A DNA stretch of 32,227 bases from Deltaproteobacteria bacterium (GCA_032128375.1 JAQBGU010000200.1:1-32227); one strand, 5' to 3'; positions 1 to 10,647 are shown, counted from the first letter of the stretch. A program made the numbers and translations. The notes: generated by a model from the sequence alone, not told the origin.

Positions 1-50
1 CGCACCGGATGGCGGAGGCCAACAAGGCCTTCTCTCATTACCGGTGGTAG
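1..50 (+). CDS. rpsG: 30S ribosomal protein S7, 3' end only
   Basis: Frame from nt 3 reads HRMAEANKAFSHYRW*, the canonical S7 C-terminus, directly upstream of fusA. Confidence 0.97.
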   Translation, partial: HRMAEANKAFSHYRW

Positions 51-61
51 GGCGTTTGCAA

Positions 62-118
62 GAACGCGCTGGCATTGAAGCGCTGGCAACGAAGCGTTGA
101 GAACGGAAGCACTGGCAG
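62..118 (+). repeat. Degenerate ~14-bp tandem repeat, about 4 copies, consensus GAAGCGCTGGCAAC
   Basis: GAACGCGCTGGCATT / GAAGCGCTGGCAAC / GAAGCGTTGAGAAC / GGAAGCACTGGCAG in the rpsG-fusA spacer. Confidence 0.65.
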
Positions 119-149
119 AGACGATTAGATTCCAACCGGAAACATTGAG

Positions 150-2219
150 ATGCCTCGGATTACACCGCTCGAGAGAACACGCAATATCGGCATCATGGCC
201 CACATCGATGCCGGCAAGACAACTACGACCGAGCGGATCCTTTACTACACGGGCGTCAACTACAAGATCGGTGAAGTCCACGATGGGGCAGCAACGATGG
301 ATTGGATGGAACAGGAGCAGGAGCGTGGAATTACGATCACGTCCGCTGCGACGACTTGTTTCTGGAAGGACCATCGGATCAACATCATCGACACGCCGGG
401 ACATGTCGATTTTCAGATCGAAGTCGAACGCTCGCTGCGGGTACTCGACGGGGCCATTGGTGTCTTTTGCGGTGTGGCCGGAGTGCAGCCTCAGTCGGAG
501 ACGGTTTGGCGCCAGGCGAACAAGTATCGGGTCCCTCGCCTTGCATTCATCAACAAGATGGACCGCATCGGCGCGAATTTCGACGGATCGGTCGAGATGA
601 TGCGGGAGCGACTCGGGGCAAATGTTGTGGCGCTGCAATACCCGATCGGGGCCGAGGAATCCTTCGTGGGCGTTGTTGATCTGCTCACCGAAACCGCACT
701 TTACTGGAACGACGAGGGATTCGGGGCCGAGTTCGAGAAGCGCGAAGTCCCGGAAGATCTGGTGAGCCACGTGGCTCTCGCCCGCGAACACATGATCGAA
801 GCCATCGCCGAACTCGATGAGGGCCTGATGGGCCGCTACCTGGACGATGAACCGATCTCTGCCGATCAGCTTCGCAAGGTTCTGCGCGAGGGCACCCTCG
901 AACTCAAGATCGTTCCCGCATTTTGCGGGGCGTCATTCAAGAACAAGGGGATCCAGCCGCTTCTCGATGCGATCGTCGACTTCCTGCCGTCCCCTCTCGA
1001 TGTGACCGTGATCGAAGGGACACGTCCCGGCGCCAATGAAACCGCGCTTCGCAAAGCTGACGACAATGAGCCGTTCTGTGCGCTGGCCTTCAAGTTGGCC
1101 ACCGATAAGCACATGGGCCATCTCGCCTATGTGCGTGTGTACTCGGGATCGGCGAAGACCGGTGATCAAGTATTGAACGCATCGAGTGGACGCAAGGAAC
1201 GCATCGGACGACTGCTCCAGATGCACGCGAACAAGCGGCAGGATCTCGATGAGATCTGGGCCGGCGATATCGCGGCAATCGTCGGACTCAAAGAGATCAC
1301 CACCGGCCAGACACTCTGCGATCCCCAGCATCCGATTCTGCTCGAATCGCTCGACTTCCCAGAATCTGTGCTGTCGATCGCAATCGAGCCCAAGACCACC
1401 GCCGACATGGACCGGTTGTCGACGTCACTGCAGCGCCTCGTCCACGAAGACCCTTCCTTTCGTGTCGCGGTACACGAGGAGACGGGCCAAACGATCATTT
1501 CCGGAATGGGCGAACTCCACCTCGAAATCATCATCGATCGGCTCGTACGCGAATTCGGCGTCGGCGCCAACGTGGGTAAGCCGCAAGTTGCCTACAAGGA
1601 AACCATCACGAAATCGGTCAAATGTGAAGGGCGCTACATCAAGCAGACCGGGGGATCCGGCGACTTCGCGGTGGTGAAGCTGGAGCTGGAGCCCGGTGAG
1701 CTGGGGTCGGGTTTTACATTCGCATCACGGATCAAGGGCGGCGCGGTTCCCAGAGAGTTCGTCGCGGCGGTCGAGCAGGGCTGCCGCGAGGTGATGCAAA
1801 GCGGGATGCTCGCTGGGTTCCCGGTTATCGATGTGAGGGTTTTCCTGGTCGACGGCCAGACCCACGACGTCGACTCGTCCGAGCGATCGTTCAAGATCGC
1901 GGGGTCGATCGGCATGAAGGAAGGGCTACGTCTCGCTGCACCGGTCCTGCTCGAGCCCGTCATGAGTGTCGAAGCAGTCACGCCGGATGAGTTCGTCGGA
2001 ATTGTGCAGGGCGACTTGAACAGCCGCCGAGGGAGCATCACTGGGATCGATATGCGGGGCGGTGCACAGGCGGTAACTGCCGACGTTCCGCTCGCCAGTA
2101 TGTTCGGTTACGTGAGCAACCTCCGGTCAATGACCCAGGGGCGCGCAACGTACACGATGCAGTTTTCACACTACGCGCAGGTCCCGGCGAACGTCGCCGA
2201 GGGACTTGCTTACTTCTGA
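150..2219 (+). CDS. fusA: Elongation factor G
   Basis: [33 protein letters not shown] and HDVDSS motifs; 689 aa; str-operon position. Confidence 0.98.
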   Translation: MPRITPLERTRNIGIMAHIDAGKTTTTERILYYTGVNYKIGEVHDGAATMDWMEQEQERGITITSAATTCFWKDHRINIIDTPGHVDFQIEVERSLRVLDGAIGVFCGVAGVQPQSETVWRQANKYRVPRLAFINKMDRIGANFDGSVEMMRERLGANVVALQYPIGAEESFVGVVDLLTETALYWNDEGFGAEFEKREVPEDLVSHVALAREHMIEAIAELDEGLMGRYLDDEPISADQLRKVLREGTLELKIVPAFCGASFKNKGIQPLLDAIVDFLPSPLDVTVIEGTRPGANETALRKADDNEPFCALAFKLATDKHMGHLAYVRVYSGSAKTGDQVLNASSGRKERIGRLLQMHANKRQDLDEIWAGDIAAIVGLKEITTGQTLCDPQHPILLESLDFPESVLSIAIEPKTTADMDRLSTSLQRLVHEDPSFRVAVHEETGQTIISGMGELHLEIIIDRLVREFGVGANVGKPQVAYKETITKSVKCEGRYIKQTGGSGDFAVVKLELEPGELGSGFTFASRIKGGAVPREFVAAVEQGCREVMQSGMLAGFPVIDVRVFLVDGQTHDVDSSERSFKIAGSIGMKEGLRLAAPVLLEPVMSVEAVTPDEFVGIVQGDLNSRRGSITGIDMRGGAQAVTADVPLASMFGYVSNLRSMTQGRATYTMQFSHYAQVPANVAEGLAYF

Positions 2220-2262
2220 CCGACTGCTCCCCGAGCGGGAGCGACAAGCGAGGTAGGGCGTC

Positions 2263-3453
2263 ATGGCCAAGGAGAAGTTCGAGCGAACGAAGCCTCACGT
2301 GAATGTCGGAACGATTGGTCACGTGGACCATGGGAAAACGACGCTGACCGCGGCAATCACGCAGCGCCAGGCGAGCAAGGGGCTGGCGGTGTTCACGCCT
2401 TTCGATCAGATCGACAAGGCTCCAGAAGAGCGCGAGCGTGGGATCACGATCGCGACGGCTCACGTGGAGTACGAGACGACGACTCGGCATTACGCACACG
2501 TAGATTGTCCGGGTCACGCGGACTACGTGAAGAACATGATCACGGGTGCAGCGCAGATGGACGGTGCGGTGTTGGTGGTGAGTGCGGCGGACGGTCCGAT
2601 GCCGCAGACGCGCGAGCACGTTCTATTGGCGAAGCAGGTGAACGTACCTTACATCGTGGTTTTTCTGAACAAAGTGGACCAGGTCGACGACGAAGAGCTT
2701 CTGGAGTTGGTGGAGATGGAGGTTCGTGAGCTTCTCGACAGCTACGACTTCCCGGGGGACGACACGCTGATCGTGAAGGGTTCGGCGCTCAATGCGCTGT
2801 CGAACCCTACGAGCGACGAAGCGAACAAGTGCATCGACGAGTTGATGGACGCGATCGACACGGCGATCCCGCAGCCGGAGCGGTCCCTGGACAAGCCGTT
2901 CTTGATGCCGGTTGAGGACGTGTTCTCGATCACGGGTCGGGGGACTGTGGTCACGGGTCGCATCGAGCAGGGTGTGGTTCACACGGGCGACAACGTGGAG
3001 ATCGTCGGGATCACGGATACGCAGACGACGGTGGTGACGGGTGTCGAGATGTTCCGGAAGCTCTTGGACGAAGGGCAGGCGGGAGACAACGTGGGTACGC
3101 TGCTTCGCGGCACTGCGAAGGAAGCCGTGGAGCGGGGCCAGGTGCTGGCGAAGCCCGGCTCGATCACGCCTCACACGAAGTTCAAGGCGCAGGCGTACAT
3201 CTTGACCAAGGACGAGGGGGGTCGTCATACGCCGTTTTTCAACGGCTACCGGCCGCAGTTCTATTTCCGGACGACGGACGTGACAGGCGTCGCGAATCTT
3301 CCGGAAGGGACCGAGATGGTGATGCCAGGCGACAATGTGGAAATGACGATCGAGCTGATCACGCCGATCGCAATGGACAAAGAACTGCGCTTCGCGATTC
3401 GCGAGGGTGGCCGAACTGTCGGCGCCGGCGTCGTCGCGGAAATCATCGAGTAG
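2263..3453 (+). CDS. tuf: Elongation factor Tu
   Basis: [41 protein letters not shown]; 396 aa. Confidence 0.99.
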   Translation: MAKEKFERTKPHVNVGTIGHVDHGKTTLTAAITQRQASKGLAVFTPFDQIDKAPEERERGITIATAHVEYETTTRHYAHVDCPGHADYVKNMITGAAQMDGAVLVVSAADGPMPQTREHVLLAKQVNVPYIVVFLNKVDQVDDEELLELVEMEVRELLDSYDFPGDDTLIVKGSALNALSNPTSDEANKCIDELMDAIDTAIPQPERSLDKPFLMPVEDVFSITGRGTVVTGRIEQGVVHTGDNVEIVGITDTQTTVVTGVEMFRKLLDEGQAGDNVGTLLRGTAKEAVERGQVLAKPGSITPHTKFKAQAYILTKDEGGRHTPFFNGYRPQFYFRTTDVTGVANLPEGTEMVMPGDNVEMTIELITPIAMDKELRFAIREGGRTVGAGVVAEIIE

Positions 3454-3458
3454 GGGAT

Positions 3459-3776
3459 ATGGCAGATCTAGGCGGACAGAAGATCCGAATTCGCATGAAG
3501 GCATACGACTTCAAGTTGCTCGATCAGAGCGCTGGCGAAATCGTAGACACCGCGGTGCGTACTGGTGCGACGGTAGCGGGCCCGATCCCGCTGCCGACCA
3601 CGATCAACAAGTACACGGTGCTTCGCGGGCCCCACATCGACAAGAAATCGCGAGAGCAATTCGAGGTACGCACCCACAAGCGACTCATTGATATTCTGGA
3701 CCCGACACCGCAGACCGTCGACGCGCTGATGAAGCTCGAACTCGCGGCAGGCGTCGATGTGGAGATCAAGCTTTAA
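3459..3776 (+). CDS. rpsJ: 30S ribosomal protein S10
   Basis: [29 protein letters not shown]. Confidence 0.99.
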   Translation: MADLGGQKIRIRMKAYDFKLLDQSAGEIVDTAVRTGATVAGPIPLPTTINKYTVLRGPHIDKKSREQFEVRTHKRLIDILDPTPQTVDALMKLELAAGVDVEIKL

Positions 3777-3779
3777 GCC

Positions 3780-4424
3780 ATGGCGAGTCTAGACATCGTC
3801 ACGATCGCGAATGAGAAGTCAGGCTCGATAGACCTGAGCTCGACGGTCTTCGAGGTGCCGACCCGTCCGGATCTCTTCCACGCCGAGGTGAAGCGGCAGC
3901 TTGCCAAGCGCAGGAGGGGAACCCACAGCACGAAGAACCGGGCAGGGGTTTCGGGTGGCGGCGCGAAGCCATATCGCCAGAAGGGCACCGGGCGCGCCCG
4001 CCAGGGCACGACCCGCGCCGCGCAGTTCGCAGGCGGTGGAGTGGTCTTCGGGCCGGTCCCGCGCTCGTACGAACATGCGTTACCCAAGAAGGTGCGAAAA
4101 GCCGCGTTGCGCAGCGCGCTGTCTCATCGTGTTTCAGAGGGCGACGTCACGGTGGTTGATTCGCTTTCGGTCGAGAACTACAAGACCCGCGAAGTCGTGA
4201 AGGTCCTCGATGCGCTGTCTCTGGGCGCCACAGGCGTGCTGATCGTCATCGACGACGCCGATGAGAAGCTCCAGCGTTCTGCGCGCAACATTCCCGGCGT
4301 GACGGTGATGTTGGTGGCAGGCTTGAACGTCTACGACGTATTGCGGCACAAGAAGCTGCTGCTGACGAAGACCGCTGTTGCGGCGATCGAATCGCGACTG
4401 GGCATGTCCGAGGTGGCTTCGTGA
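3780..4424 (+). CDS. rplD: 50S ribosomal protein L4
   Basis: RRGTHSTKNR…KPYRQKGTGRARQG…GGGVVFGP; starts 3 bp after the rpsJ stop. Confidence 0.98.
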   Translation: MASLDIVTIANEKSGSIDLSSTVFEVPTRPDLFHAEVKRQLAKRRRGTHSTKNRAGVSGGGAKPYRQKGTGRARQGTTRAAQFAGGGVVFGPVPRSYEHALPKKVRKAALRSALSHRVSEGDVTVVDSLSVENYKTREVVKVLDALSLGATGVLIVIDDADEKLQRSARNIPGVTVMLVAGLNVYDVLRHKKLLLTKTAVAAIESRLGMSEVAS

Positions 4425-4708
4425 ACATTTACGAAGTGATTCAGAGACCGCTGGTCACGGAAAAAAGCAACGTGGCTCGCGAAGAGCAAAACGTAGTTAC
4501 CCTTGCGGTGAACCCGAGTGCGTCCAAGCATGATATCCGGCAGGCCGTAGAGGCGCTGTTCGACGTGAGCGTCGTACGGGTGCATACCATGCGACAGCCG
4601 CGGAAGACTCGGCGCGTTGGGAAACACGCTGGCCGAAAGTCCGAATGGAAGAAAGCGATCGTGCAGTTGGCCCAGGGTCATACGATCGAGTTCTTCGAAG
4701 GAGTCTAG
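4421..4708 (+). CDS. rplW: 50S ribosomal protein L23
   Basis: RPLVTEKS, KKAIVQL; GTGA overlap with rplD. Confidence 0.97.
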   Translation: MNIYEVIQRPLVTEKSNVAREEQNVVTLAVNPSASKHDIRQAVEALFDVSVVRVHTMRQPRKTRRVGKHAGRKSEWKKAIVQLAQGHTIEFFEGV

Positions 4709-4714
4709 GGGTTC

Positions 4715-5545
4715 ATGGCAGTCAAGAACTATAAACCGACATCGCCGGGTCGCCGCGGGATGAGTGTCTCTGACTTTTCGGAGATCACACGCTCCAAGCC
4801 CGAGCGGTCGTTGCTCGCTGGCCAGGTTGCAAAAACGGGCGGGAGAAACGCTCACGGCCGGGTGACCTCGTGGCAGCGAGGCGGTGGCCACAAGCGTCGT
4901 TTCCGAAAGATCGATTTTCGGCGAGAGAAGTTCGGGATTCCCGCCAAGGTTGCATCGATAGAATACGACCCGAATCGATCCGCGAACATCGCGCTTCTGC
5001 ACTACCTCGACGGTGAGAAGCGCTACATCATCGCACCACTCGGCGTGACGGTTGGCAAGATGCTGATGAGCGGGCCAGACGCACCGCCCGAACCGGGGAA
5101 CGCACTTCCGCTGCAGAAGATCCCGCTTGGCTCCATCATCCATGCGATTGAAATGAAGATCGGCAAGGGAGCCCAACTCGTGCGCGCAGCGGGTGGGGCA
5201 GCTCAGCTGATGGCTCGAGAGGGTGATTACGCGACCTTGCGTATGCCCAGCGGCGAGCACCGAATGATTCACCTCAAGTGCATGGCGACGCTGGGTCAGG
5301 TCGGCAACTCGGAGCACGAGAACCAGAAGATCGGCAAGGCCGGTCGCAATCGCTGGAAGGGCAGGCGTCCAAGCGTTCGAGGCGTTGCGATGAATCCAGT
5401 CGACCATCCGATGGGCGGTGGCGAGGGCCGGTCCTCTGGCGGGCGACATCCGTGTACGCCGTGGGGAGTTCCTACCAAGGGCCACAAAACGCGAAAGAAG
5501 GGCCGCTCCCAGAAATACATCGTCAAGCGTCGGGGGAAGAAGTAA
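4715..5545 (+). CDS. rplB: 50S ribosomal protein L2
   Basis: [30 protein letters not shown]. Confidence 0.99.
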   Translation: MAVKNYKPTSPGRRGMSVSDFSEITRSKPERSLLAGQVAKTGGRNAHGRVTSWQRGGGHKRRFRKIDFRREKFGIPAKVASIEYDPNRSANIALLHYLDGEKRYIIAPLGVTVGKMLMSGPDAPPEPGNALPLQKIPLGSIIHAIEMKIGKGAQLVRAAGGAAQLMAREGDYATLRMPSGEHRMIHLKCMATLGQVGNSEHENQKIGKAGRNRWKGRRPSVRGVAMNPVDHPMGGGEGRSSGGRHPCTPWGVPTKGHKTRKKGRSQKYIVKRRGKK

Positions 5546-5824
5546 ATGTCGCGATCTCTCAAAAAGGGGCCCTTCGTCGATCCGAGCCTTCAGCGGAAAG
5601 TCGATACGATCGTGCGAACCGGTACGAAACAGGTGATCAAGACCTGGTCGCGGCGCTCGATGGTCACACCCGAATTCGTGGGCCTGACCTTCCATGTCCA
5701 CAATGGAAAGCTCTTCGTACCCGTTTTCGTCACAGACAACATGGTCGGGCATCGACTCGGTGAGTTTTCACCGACACGGAAATTCACCGGACACTCATCC
5801 GACAGAAAAGTGAAGACGAACTGA
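5546..5824 (+). CDS. rpsS: 30S ribosomal protein S19
   Basis: [29 protein letters not shown]. Confidence 0.99.
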   Translation: MSRSLKKGPFVDPSLQRKVDTIVRTGTKQVIKTWSRRSMVTPEFVGLTFHVHNGKLFVPVFVTDNMVGHRLGEFSPTRKFTGHSSDRKVKTN

Positions 5825-5825
5825 G

Positions 5826-6173
5826 ATGGAAGTCAGAGCGCGACTCAAGAATTATCGAATCGGTTCGCAGAAAGCGCGATTGGTCGCAGATCAAATCCGT
5901 GGCAGAGGCGTGGAGGATGCACTGGCGATTCTGCAGCTGTCATCCAAGAAATTCGCGAAGCCGTTGGCGAAGTTGATTCGTTCGGCTCTGGCAAGTGCTG
6001 AAGAGAAGAACGAGCACGATCGCGCCGGCATCGACGTCGACAACCTGGTGGTGGATACGATCACGGTCGACCAGGGTGCCAGCATGTGGCGAATTCGCGC
6101 GCGTGCGCAGGGCCGCGCAGCGTGGATCCAGCGGCGCACGACCCACGTATCCGTCGTATTGAGCGAACACTAG
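5826..6173 (+). CDS. rplV: 50S ribosomal protein L22
   Basis: KARLVADQIRG, RARAQGRA, operon position. Confidence 0.96.
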   Translation: MEVRARLKNYRIGSQKARLVADQIRGRGVEDALAILQLSSKKFAKPLAKLIRSALASAEEKNEHDRAGIDVDNLVVDTITVDQGASMWRIRARAQGRAAWIQRRTTHVSVVLSEH

Positions 6174-6203
6174 AGAACGATCAGGAATTAGAGAGGCAAG
6201 ACT

Positions 6204-6887
6204 TTGGGACAAAAGGTACACCCCTACGGATTCCGGATTGGCACCCTCTATGGGTGGCAGTCGAATTGGTTCGCAGAGCGCAACTATTGCGAGCAGCTCC
6301 ACGAGGATCTCAAGATCCGGAAGTTCATCAAAAAGAAGCTCTTCCATGCCGGGATCTCGAAGGTCGTCATCGATCGAACGGGTGACAAGATCGTGACGAA
6401 CATTCACACCGCACGTCCAGGAATCCTGATCGGAAAACGTGGCGCCGAGGTCGAGACGCTGCGCGAAGAGCTGGGCGCGATGACCCAGAACAAGGAAATT
6501 TTCATCAATATCCGCGAGATCCGAAAAGCCGAACTCGATGCTCAGTTGGTCGCCGAGGCGGTTGCGATGCAGATCGAGCGGCGCGTGGCATTCCGCCGTG
6601 CGATGAAGAAGGCCGTGATTTCGACGATGAAGTTTGGTGCCGACGGAGTGAAGATCTTGTGCAGCGGTCGCCTCGGTGGCTCGGAAATGGGCCGTCGCGA
6701 GAGGTACTTCGAAGGGCGCGTGCCGCTCCACACCCTACGAGCGGATATTGACTTCGGGATGGCCGAGGCGAAGACCACCTACGGGCTGATTGGCGTCAAG
6801 TGCTGGGTTTTCAAGGGCGACGTGACTGACAAGGTCCTGCGCAAAGGAGCCCTTTCGCGCATTGAAGACGATGAGGTGGCGAGATAG
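6204..6887 (+). CDS. rpsC: 30S ribosomal protein S3 (TTG start)
   Basis: [34 protein letters not shown]. Confidence 0.98.
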   Translation: MGQKVHPYGFRIGTLYGWQSNWFAERNYCEQLHEDLKIRKFIKKKLFHAGISKVVIDRTGDKIVTNIHTARPGILIGKRGAEVETLREELGAMTQNKEIFINIREIRKAELDAQLVAEAVAMQIERRVAFRRAMKKAVISTMKFGADGVKILCSGRLGGSEMGRRERYFEGRVPLHTLRADIDFGMAEAKTTYGLIGVKCWVFKGDVTDKVLRKGALSRIEDDEVAR

Positions 6888-6890
6888 GAA

Positions 6891-7304
6891 ATGCTTCAGC
6901 CGAAGAAAGTAAAACACAGAAAGCAGATGAAGGGGCGGACGCGTGGCAAAGCCTACCGCGGCTCGGACCTCTCGTTCGGCGACTACGGCCTGCAGGCTCT
7001 GGCCTGTCATCGAATTACCGCTCGTCAGATCGAGGCCGCACGTATCGCGATGACTCGTTACGTGAAGCGCGGCGGTAAGATTTGGATTCGCATCTTTCCC
7101 GACAAGCCGGTTTCGAGAAAGCCCGCCGAAACCCGCATGGGCAAAGGCAAGGGAAACCCTGAGGAGTGGGTAGCAATCGTGAAGCCCGGCCGGATGATGT
7201 ACGAGATGGAGGGGGTGGACGAATCGACCGCGCGCGAAGCAATGCGTCTGGCTGCTCACAAGCTCCCCGTACGTACACGATTCGTCACTCGTGAGCACGC
7301 CTGA
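6891..7304 (+). CDS. rplP: 50S ribosomal protein L16
   Basis: [18 protein letters not shown]. Confidence 0.99.
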   Translation: MLQPKKVKHRKQMKGRTRGKAYRGSDLSFGDYGLQALACHRITARQIEAARIAMTRYVKRGGKIWIRIFPDKPVSRKPAETRMGKGKGNPEEWVAIVKPGRMMYEMEGVDESTAREAMRLAAHKLPVRTRFVTREHA

Positions 7305-7504
7305 TGAAGGCGATTGAAATTCGGAACCTATCTATGGACGAACTGACCGCGAAGGGGAACGAACTTCGCGGAGAAGCCTTCAACGTCAAAATCAAACGTT
7401 CGACAGGCCAGCTCGAGAATACGGCGAGGGCCAAACAGCTTCGCCGCGACATCGCTCGCGTGGAGACGGTATTGCGCGAGAAACAGCGAGAGGCGACGAA
7501 GTGA
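7304..7504 (+). CDS. rpmC: 50S ribosomal protein L29
   Basis: 66 aa, TGQLEN…RRDIARVET, between rplP and rpsQ. Confidence 0.95.
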   Translation: MKAIEIRNLSMDELTAKGNELRGEAFNVKIKRSTGQLENTARAKQLRRDIARVETVLREKQREATK

Positions 7505-7764
7505 ACAAACGGGTAAACCGCCGGAAACTCGTTGGATTGGTCGTCAGCGACACGATGGATAAGACCGTCGTCGTTCGCGTCGAACGACTGGTTCAGGATC
7601 CGCGCTACAAGAAATTTGTTCGCCAGTATTCGAAATACCTGGCGCACGATGAGGGAAATGCCTGCAAGATTGGCGACCAGGTCCAGATCATCGAGCATCG
7701 ACCGATCTCGAAACGCAAGCGGTGGATGGTCCAAGAGACGCTGGCAACGACAGCGCGGGGCTAA
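7501..7764 (+). CDS. rpsQ: 30S ribosomal protein S17
   Basis: [27 protein letters not shown]. Confidence 0.98.
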   Translation: MNKRVNRRKLVGLVVSDTMDKTVVVRVERLVQDPRYKKFVRQYSKYLAHDEGNACKIGDQVQIIEHRPISKRKRWMVQETLATTARG

Positions 7765-7776
7765 CGGGAGTTCGGT

Positions 7777-8145
7777 GTGATCCAGCAAGAATCGGTATTG
7801 GAAGTGGCGGACAACTCGGGCGCCCGGAAGGTCGCGTGCATCCGGGTTCTGGGCGGAACGCGTCGGCGCTACGCCTCGATTGGCGACATCATCGTGGTTG
7901 CAGTGAAAGACGCGACCCCCAATGCCCGGGTCAAGAAGGGTGAGGTGCGTCGAGCCGTCGTGGTCCGGACGAAGCAGAACATCGGTCGGCCAGATGGCTC
8001 GTATATCAAATTTGATGACAACGCAGCCGTCTTGATCGATGCGAATCGCGAGCCGGTCGGAACGCGAATCTTTGGCCCGGTAGCTCGCGAACTCCGGGCC
8101 AAGAAGTTCATGAGAATCATTTCGCTCGCACCTGAGGTGCTGTAG
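7777..8145 (+). CDS. rplN: 50S ribosomal protein L14
   Basis: MIQQES…[26 protein letters not shown]. Confidence 0.99.
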   Translation: MIQQESVLEVADNSGARKVACIRVLGGTRRRYASIGDIIVVAVKDATPNARVKKGEVRRAVVVRTKQNIGRPDGSYIKFDDNAAVLIDANREPVGTRIFGPVARELRAKKFMRIISLAPEVL

Positions 8146-8688
8146 ATGGCGCCGCGAATTCTCGAGCGCTACGAATCAGAGGTCGTCGAAAAGCTGAAGA
8201 AGGAGTTCTCGTATCGGAATGTCCACGAGGTCCCGAAGCTGACGAAGATCGTCTTGAACATCGGGCTGGGAGAGGCTGCCGCGAATCCAAAACTGCTCGA
8301 CCGAGCGGTTGAAGAACTCACGCTGATCGCTGGGCAGAAGGCGGTGATCCGAAAAGCGCGGAAGTCGATATCGAACTTCAAGCTGCGCGAGGGGCAGGCC
8401 ATCGGCTGCAGTGTGACACTGCGCCGCAACCGAATGTGGGAGTTCTTCGATCGGCTGACGAACGTCTCGCTTCCACGAGTTCGAGACTTCAAGGGCGTTT
8501 CACCAAAGGCCTTCGACGGCCGTGGCAACTACACATTTGGGATACGCGAGCAGCTCATTTTCCCCGAAGTGAACTACGATAACATCGAACACGTAACGGG
8601 AATGAACATCACGATCTGCACGACCGCCCGCAACGATACCGAGGGGAAGGCGCTTCTCACGCATCTTGGCGTGCCCTTTCGTCAGTAG
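8146..8688 (+). CDS. rplE: 50S ribosomal protein L5
   Basis: [39 protein letters not shown] directly follows the rplN TAG. Confidence 0.98.
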   Translation: MAPRILERYESEVVEKLKKEFSYRNVHEVPKLTKIVLNIGLGEAAANPKLLDRAVEELTLIAGQKAVIRKARKSISNFKLREGQAIGCSVTLRRNRMWEFFDRLTNVSLPRVRDFKGVSPKAFDGRGNYTFGIREQLIFPEVNYDNIEHVTGMNITICTTARNDTEGKALLTHLGVPFRQ

Positions 8689-8797
8689 ACCGTGTCCATG
8701 AAGCCTATGAATGACCTTTACGAAAAAATCATGTCAAAGAGAAGCGCAAATTGAGAGCAGCAAACAGAACTGTCGGAGAAATGCGGATGAATCCATC

Positions 8798-9193
8798 ATG
8801 ATGACCGATCCGATCGGCGACCTGTTGACACGAATCCGAAACGCAGGCATGGCCCGTCATGCGCAGACCAGCTGTCCATCGTCAAAGATGAAACTGGCGG
8901 TCGCCCGGGTGTTGGCCGAGAGGGGCTATCTCGGTGGTGTCCGCGTAGAGGCTAGAGACGGTCATCCCGTGCTGGTTGTCGACATTCGATACAACGCCGA
9001 GGGGGCGCCCATGATCGATGGAATCCGGCGGGCTAGCCGACCCGGTCGGCGCGTATATGTGGGGGCCGCTGAGATCCCGAAAGTACGCAGTGGTCTCGGT
9101 ACGGCCGTAATTTCGACATCAAAAGGTGTTATGTCGGACGCTGCCGCGCGCGATGCCTGTGTTGGTGGTGAAGTCGTGTGTGAGGTCTGGTAG
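8798..9193 (+). CDS. rpsH: 30S ribosomal protein S8
   Basis: MMTDPIGDLLTRIRNA, SRPGRRVY, ISTSKGVM, GGEV; start moved from the ORF-track 8711 to the conserved MMTDP. Confidence 0.97.
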   Translation: MMTDPIGDLLTRIRNAGMARHAQTSCPSSKMKLAVARVLAERGYLGGVRVEARDGHPVLVVDIRYNAEGAPMIDGIRRASRPGRRVYVGAAEIPKVRSGLGTAVISTSKGVMSDAAARDACVGGEVVCEVW

Positions 9194-9195
9194 AG

Positions 9196-9741
9196 ATGTC
9201 CCGAATCGGACGCGCAGTCATTGTGATTCCCGATGGTGTCACGATCACCCAGACCGATGGTGAGGTCCGCGTGAAGGGACCGAAGGGACAGCTGGCCGAG
9301 CGAATGCCAATTGGCATCGACATCGCAATCGCTGCTTCTACCGTGACATGCGCGCGACACGACGATCGCAAGGAGACCCGATCGCTGCACGGGTTGGCTC
9401 GCGCTTTGGTGGCCAACATGGTCAGTGGTGTCGTCACGCCGTTCGTCAAAGAGCTCGAGATCCAGGGCGTGGGGTATCGGTCCGAAGTGGCCGGGAAGAA
9501 TTTGAAACTGACCGTGGGTTATTCACATCCGGTAAATATTGCGATTCCCGAAGGACTCACCGTCTCGGTCGATCGCAACGTGATCATCAAGATCGTGGGC
9601 ATCAGCCGGCAGGTGGTCGGCCAGTTCGCTGCCGACGTGCGATCGATCAGGCCCCCCGAGCCGTACAAGGGTAAGGGCATCCGATACGCGGACGAGAGAG
9701 TTCGCCGCAAGGTCGGCAAGGCCGGAACTGCGGGAGGGTGA
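9196..9741 (+). CDS. rplF: 50S ribosomal protein L6
   Basis: [27 protein letters not shown]. Confidence 0.99.
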   Translation: MSRIGRAVIVIPDGVTITQTDGEVRVKGPKGQLAERMPIGIDIAIAASTVTCARHDDRKETRSLHGLARALVANMVSGVVTPFVKELEIQGVGYRSEVAGKNLKLTVGYSHPVNIAIPEGLTVSVDRNVIIKIVGISRQVVGQFAADVRSIRPPEPYKGKGIRYADERVRRKVGKAGTAGG

Positions 9742-9748
9742 GGTTGAA

Positions 9749-10120
9749 ATGAATCGAAAAAGCCGAAGTGATGAACTGCGCCGCCGCACGACACGCCGCA
9801 ATCGGGTGAAGCGGAAGATCGCGGGGTCAAGTCGACCGCAGTTGACAGTTTTTCGCAGCGCAAAACACATCTACGCTCAGATAATCGACGCGGAATCCGG
9901 CAAGACGATCACATCGGTATCTACGCGAACGAAAGGCGTGATCAGTGATGTTTCCGCGACAGGCAAAATCGAGGCCGCGAAACTCGTCGGGAAGGCGATC
10001 GCCGACGCAGCGAAAGGCAAGCAGATCGGAAGTGTCGTTTTCAATCGAAACGGCTTTCTTTACCACGGACGGGTCAAGGCTCTTGCGGAAGCGGCGCGCG
10101 AAGCCGGACTGCAGTTTTGA
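9749..10120 (+). CDS. rplR: 50S ribosomal protein L18
   Basis: [35 protein letters not shown]. Confidence 0.98.
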   Translation: MNRKSRSDELRRRTTRRNRVKRKIAGSSRPQLTVFRSAKHIYAQIIDAESGKTITSVSTRTKGVISDVSATGKIEAAKLVGKAIADAAKGKQIGSVVFNRNGFLYHGRVKALAEAAREAGLQF

Positions 10121-10158
10121 TTTCCGTCCGCCATCCAGTTAGAGGGTAACGCCAGCCT

Positions 10159-10647
10159 ATGCGAAACGAGCAGATCAACCCCAACGATTATGAACTCACC
10201 GATCGCGTGGTTCACATCAACCGCGTCGCCAAGGTCGTCAAGGGCGGCCGGCGCTTCAGCTTTAGTGCACTGGTCATCGTCGGTGACGGCGACGGAGTCG
10301 TAGGGGCGGGGTTCGGTAAGGCGGGTGAAGTGCCCGAAGCGATTCGCAAGGGCGTAGAGAGGGCCCGAAAGGCATTGATGAGAATTCCGCTCATCGATGG
10401 CACGCTGCCTCACGAAATCGTCGGTCGCTTCGGAGCCGCCAAGGTCCTGTTGCGACCCGCATCTTCCGGTACCGGTGTGATCGCGGGCGGCCCGGTGCGA
10501 GCGGTGCTCGAAGGCGCCGGCGTGCGTGACGTGCTTACCAAGACATTGGGGACCAACAATCCCAACAACGTCGTGCGGGCGACGATGACTGCGCTCCGGG
10601 AGCTTCGCGACCCCGAGGAACGCAGGCGCGAACTGGGTCAACTTTAG
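10159..10647 (+). CDS. rpsE: 30S ribosomal protein S5
   Basis: [24 protein letters not shown]. Confidence 0.99.
   Translation: MRNEQINPNDYELTDRVVHINRVAKVVKGGRRFSFSALVIVGDGDGVVGAGFGKAGEVPEAIRKGVERARKALMRIPLIDGTLPHEIVGRFGAAKVLLRPASSGTGVIAGGPVRAVLEGAGVRDVLTKTLGTNNPNNVVRATMTALRELRDPEERRRELGQL

Noticed and set aside
2227..2243. GCTCCC/GGGAGC hairpin between fusA and tuf
   Set aside because: Short GC stem without a U-tract; such elements are common here and no function can be assigned.
4331..5752. Long minus-strand ORFs (473 aa here; also 2623-3504, 18969-20183, 21611-22513)
   Set aside because: Antisense shadows of conserved + strand genes, expected from GC-rich codon bias; no recognisable motifs.
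8711..8797. N-terminal extension of S8 in the ORF track (likewise extended adk 12562, rpsD 14954, rplQ 16837, argS 18318)
   Set aside because: Conserved N-termini and overlaps with upstream genes point to the later starts used in the features.
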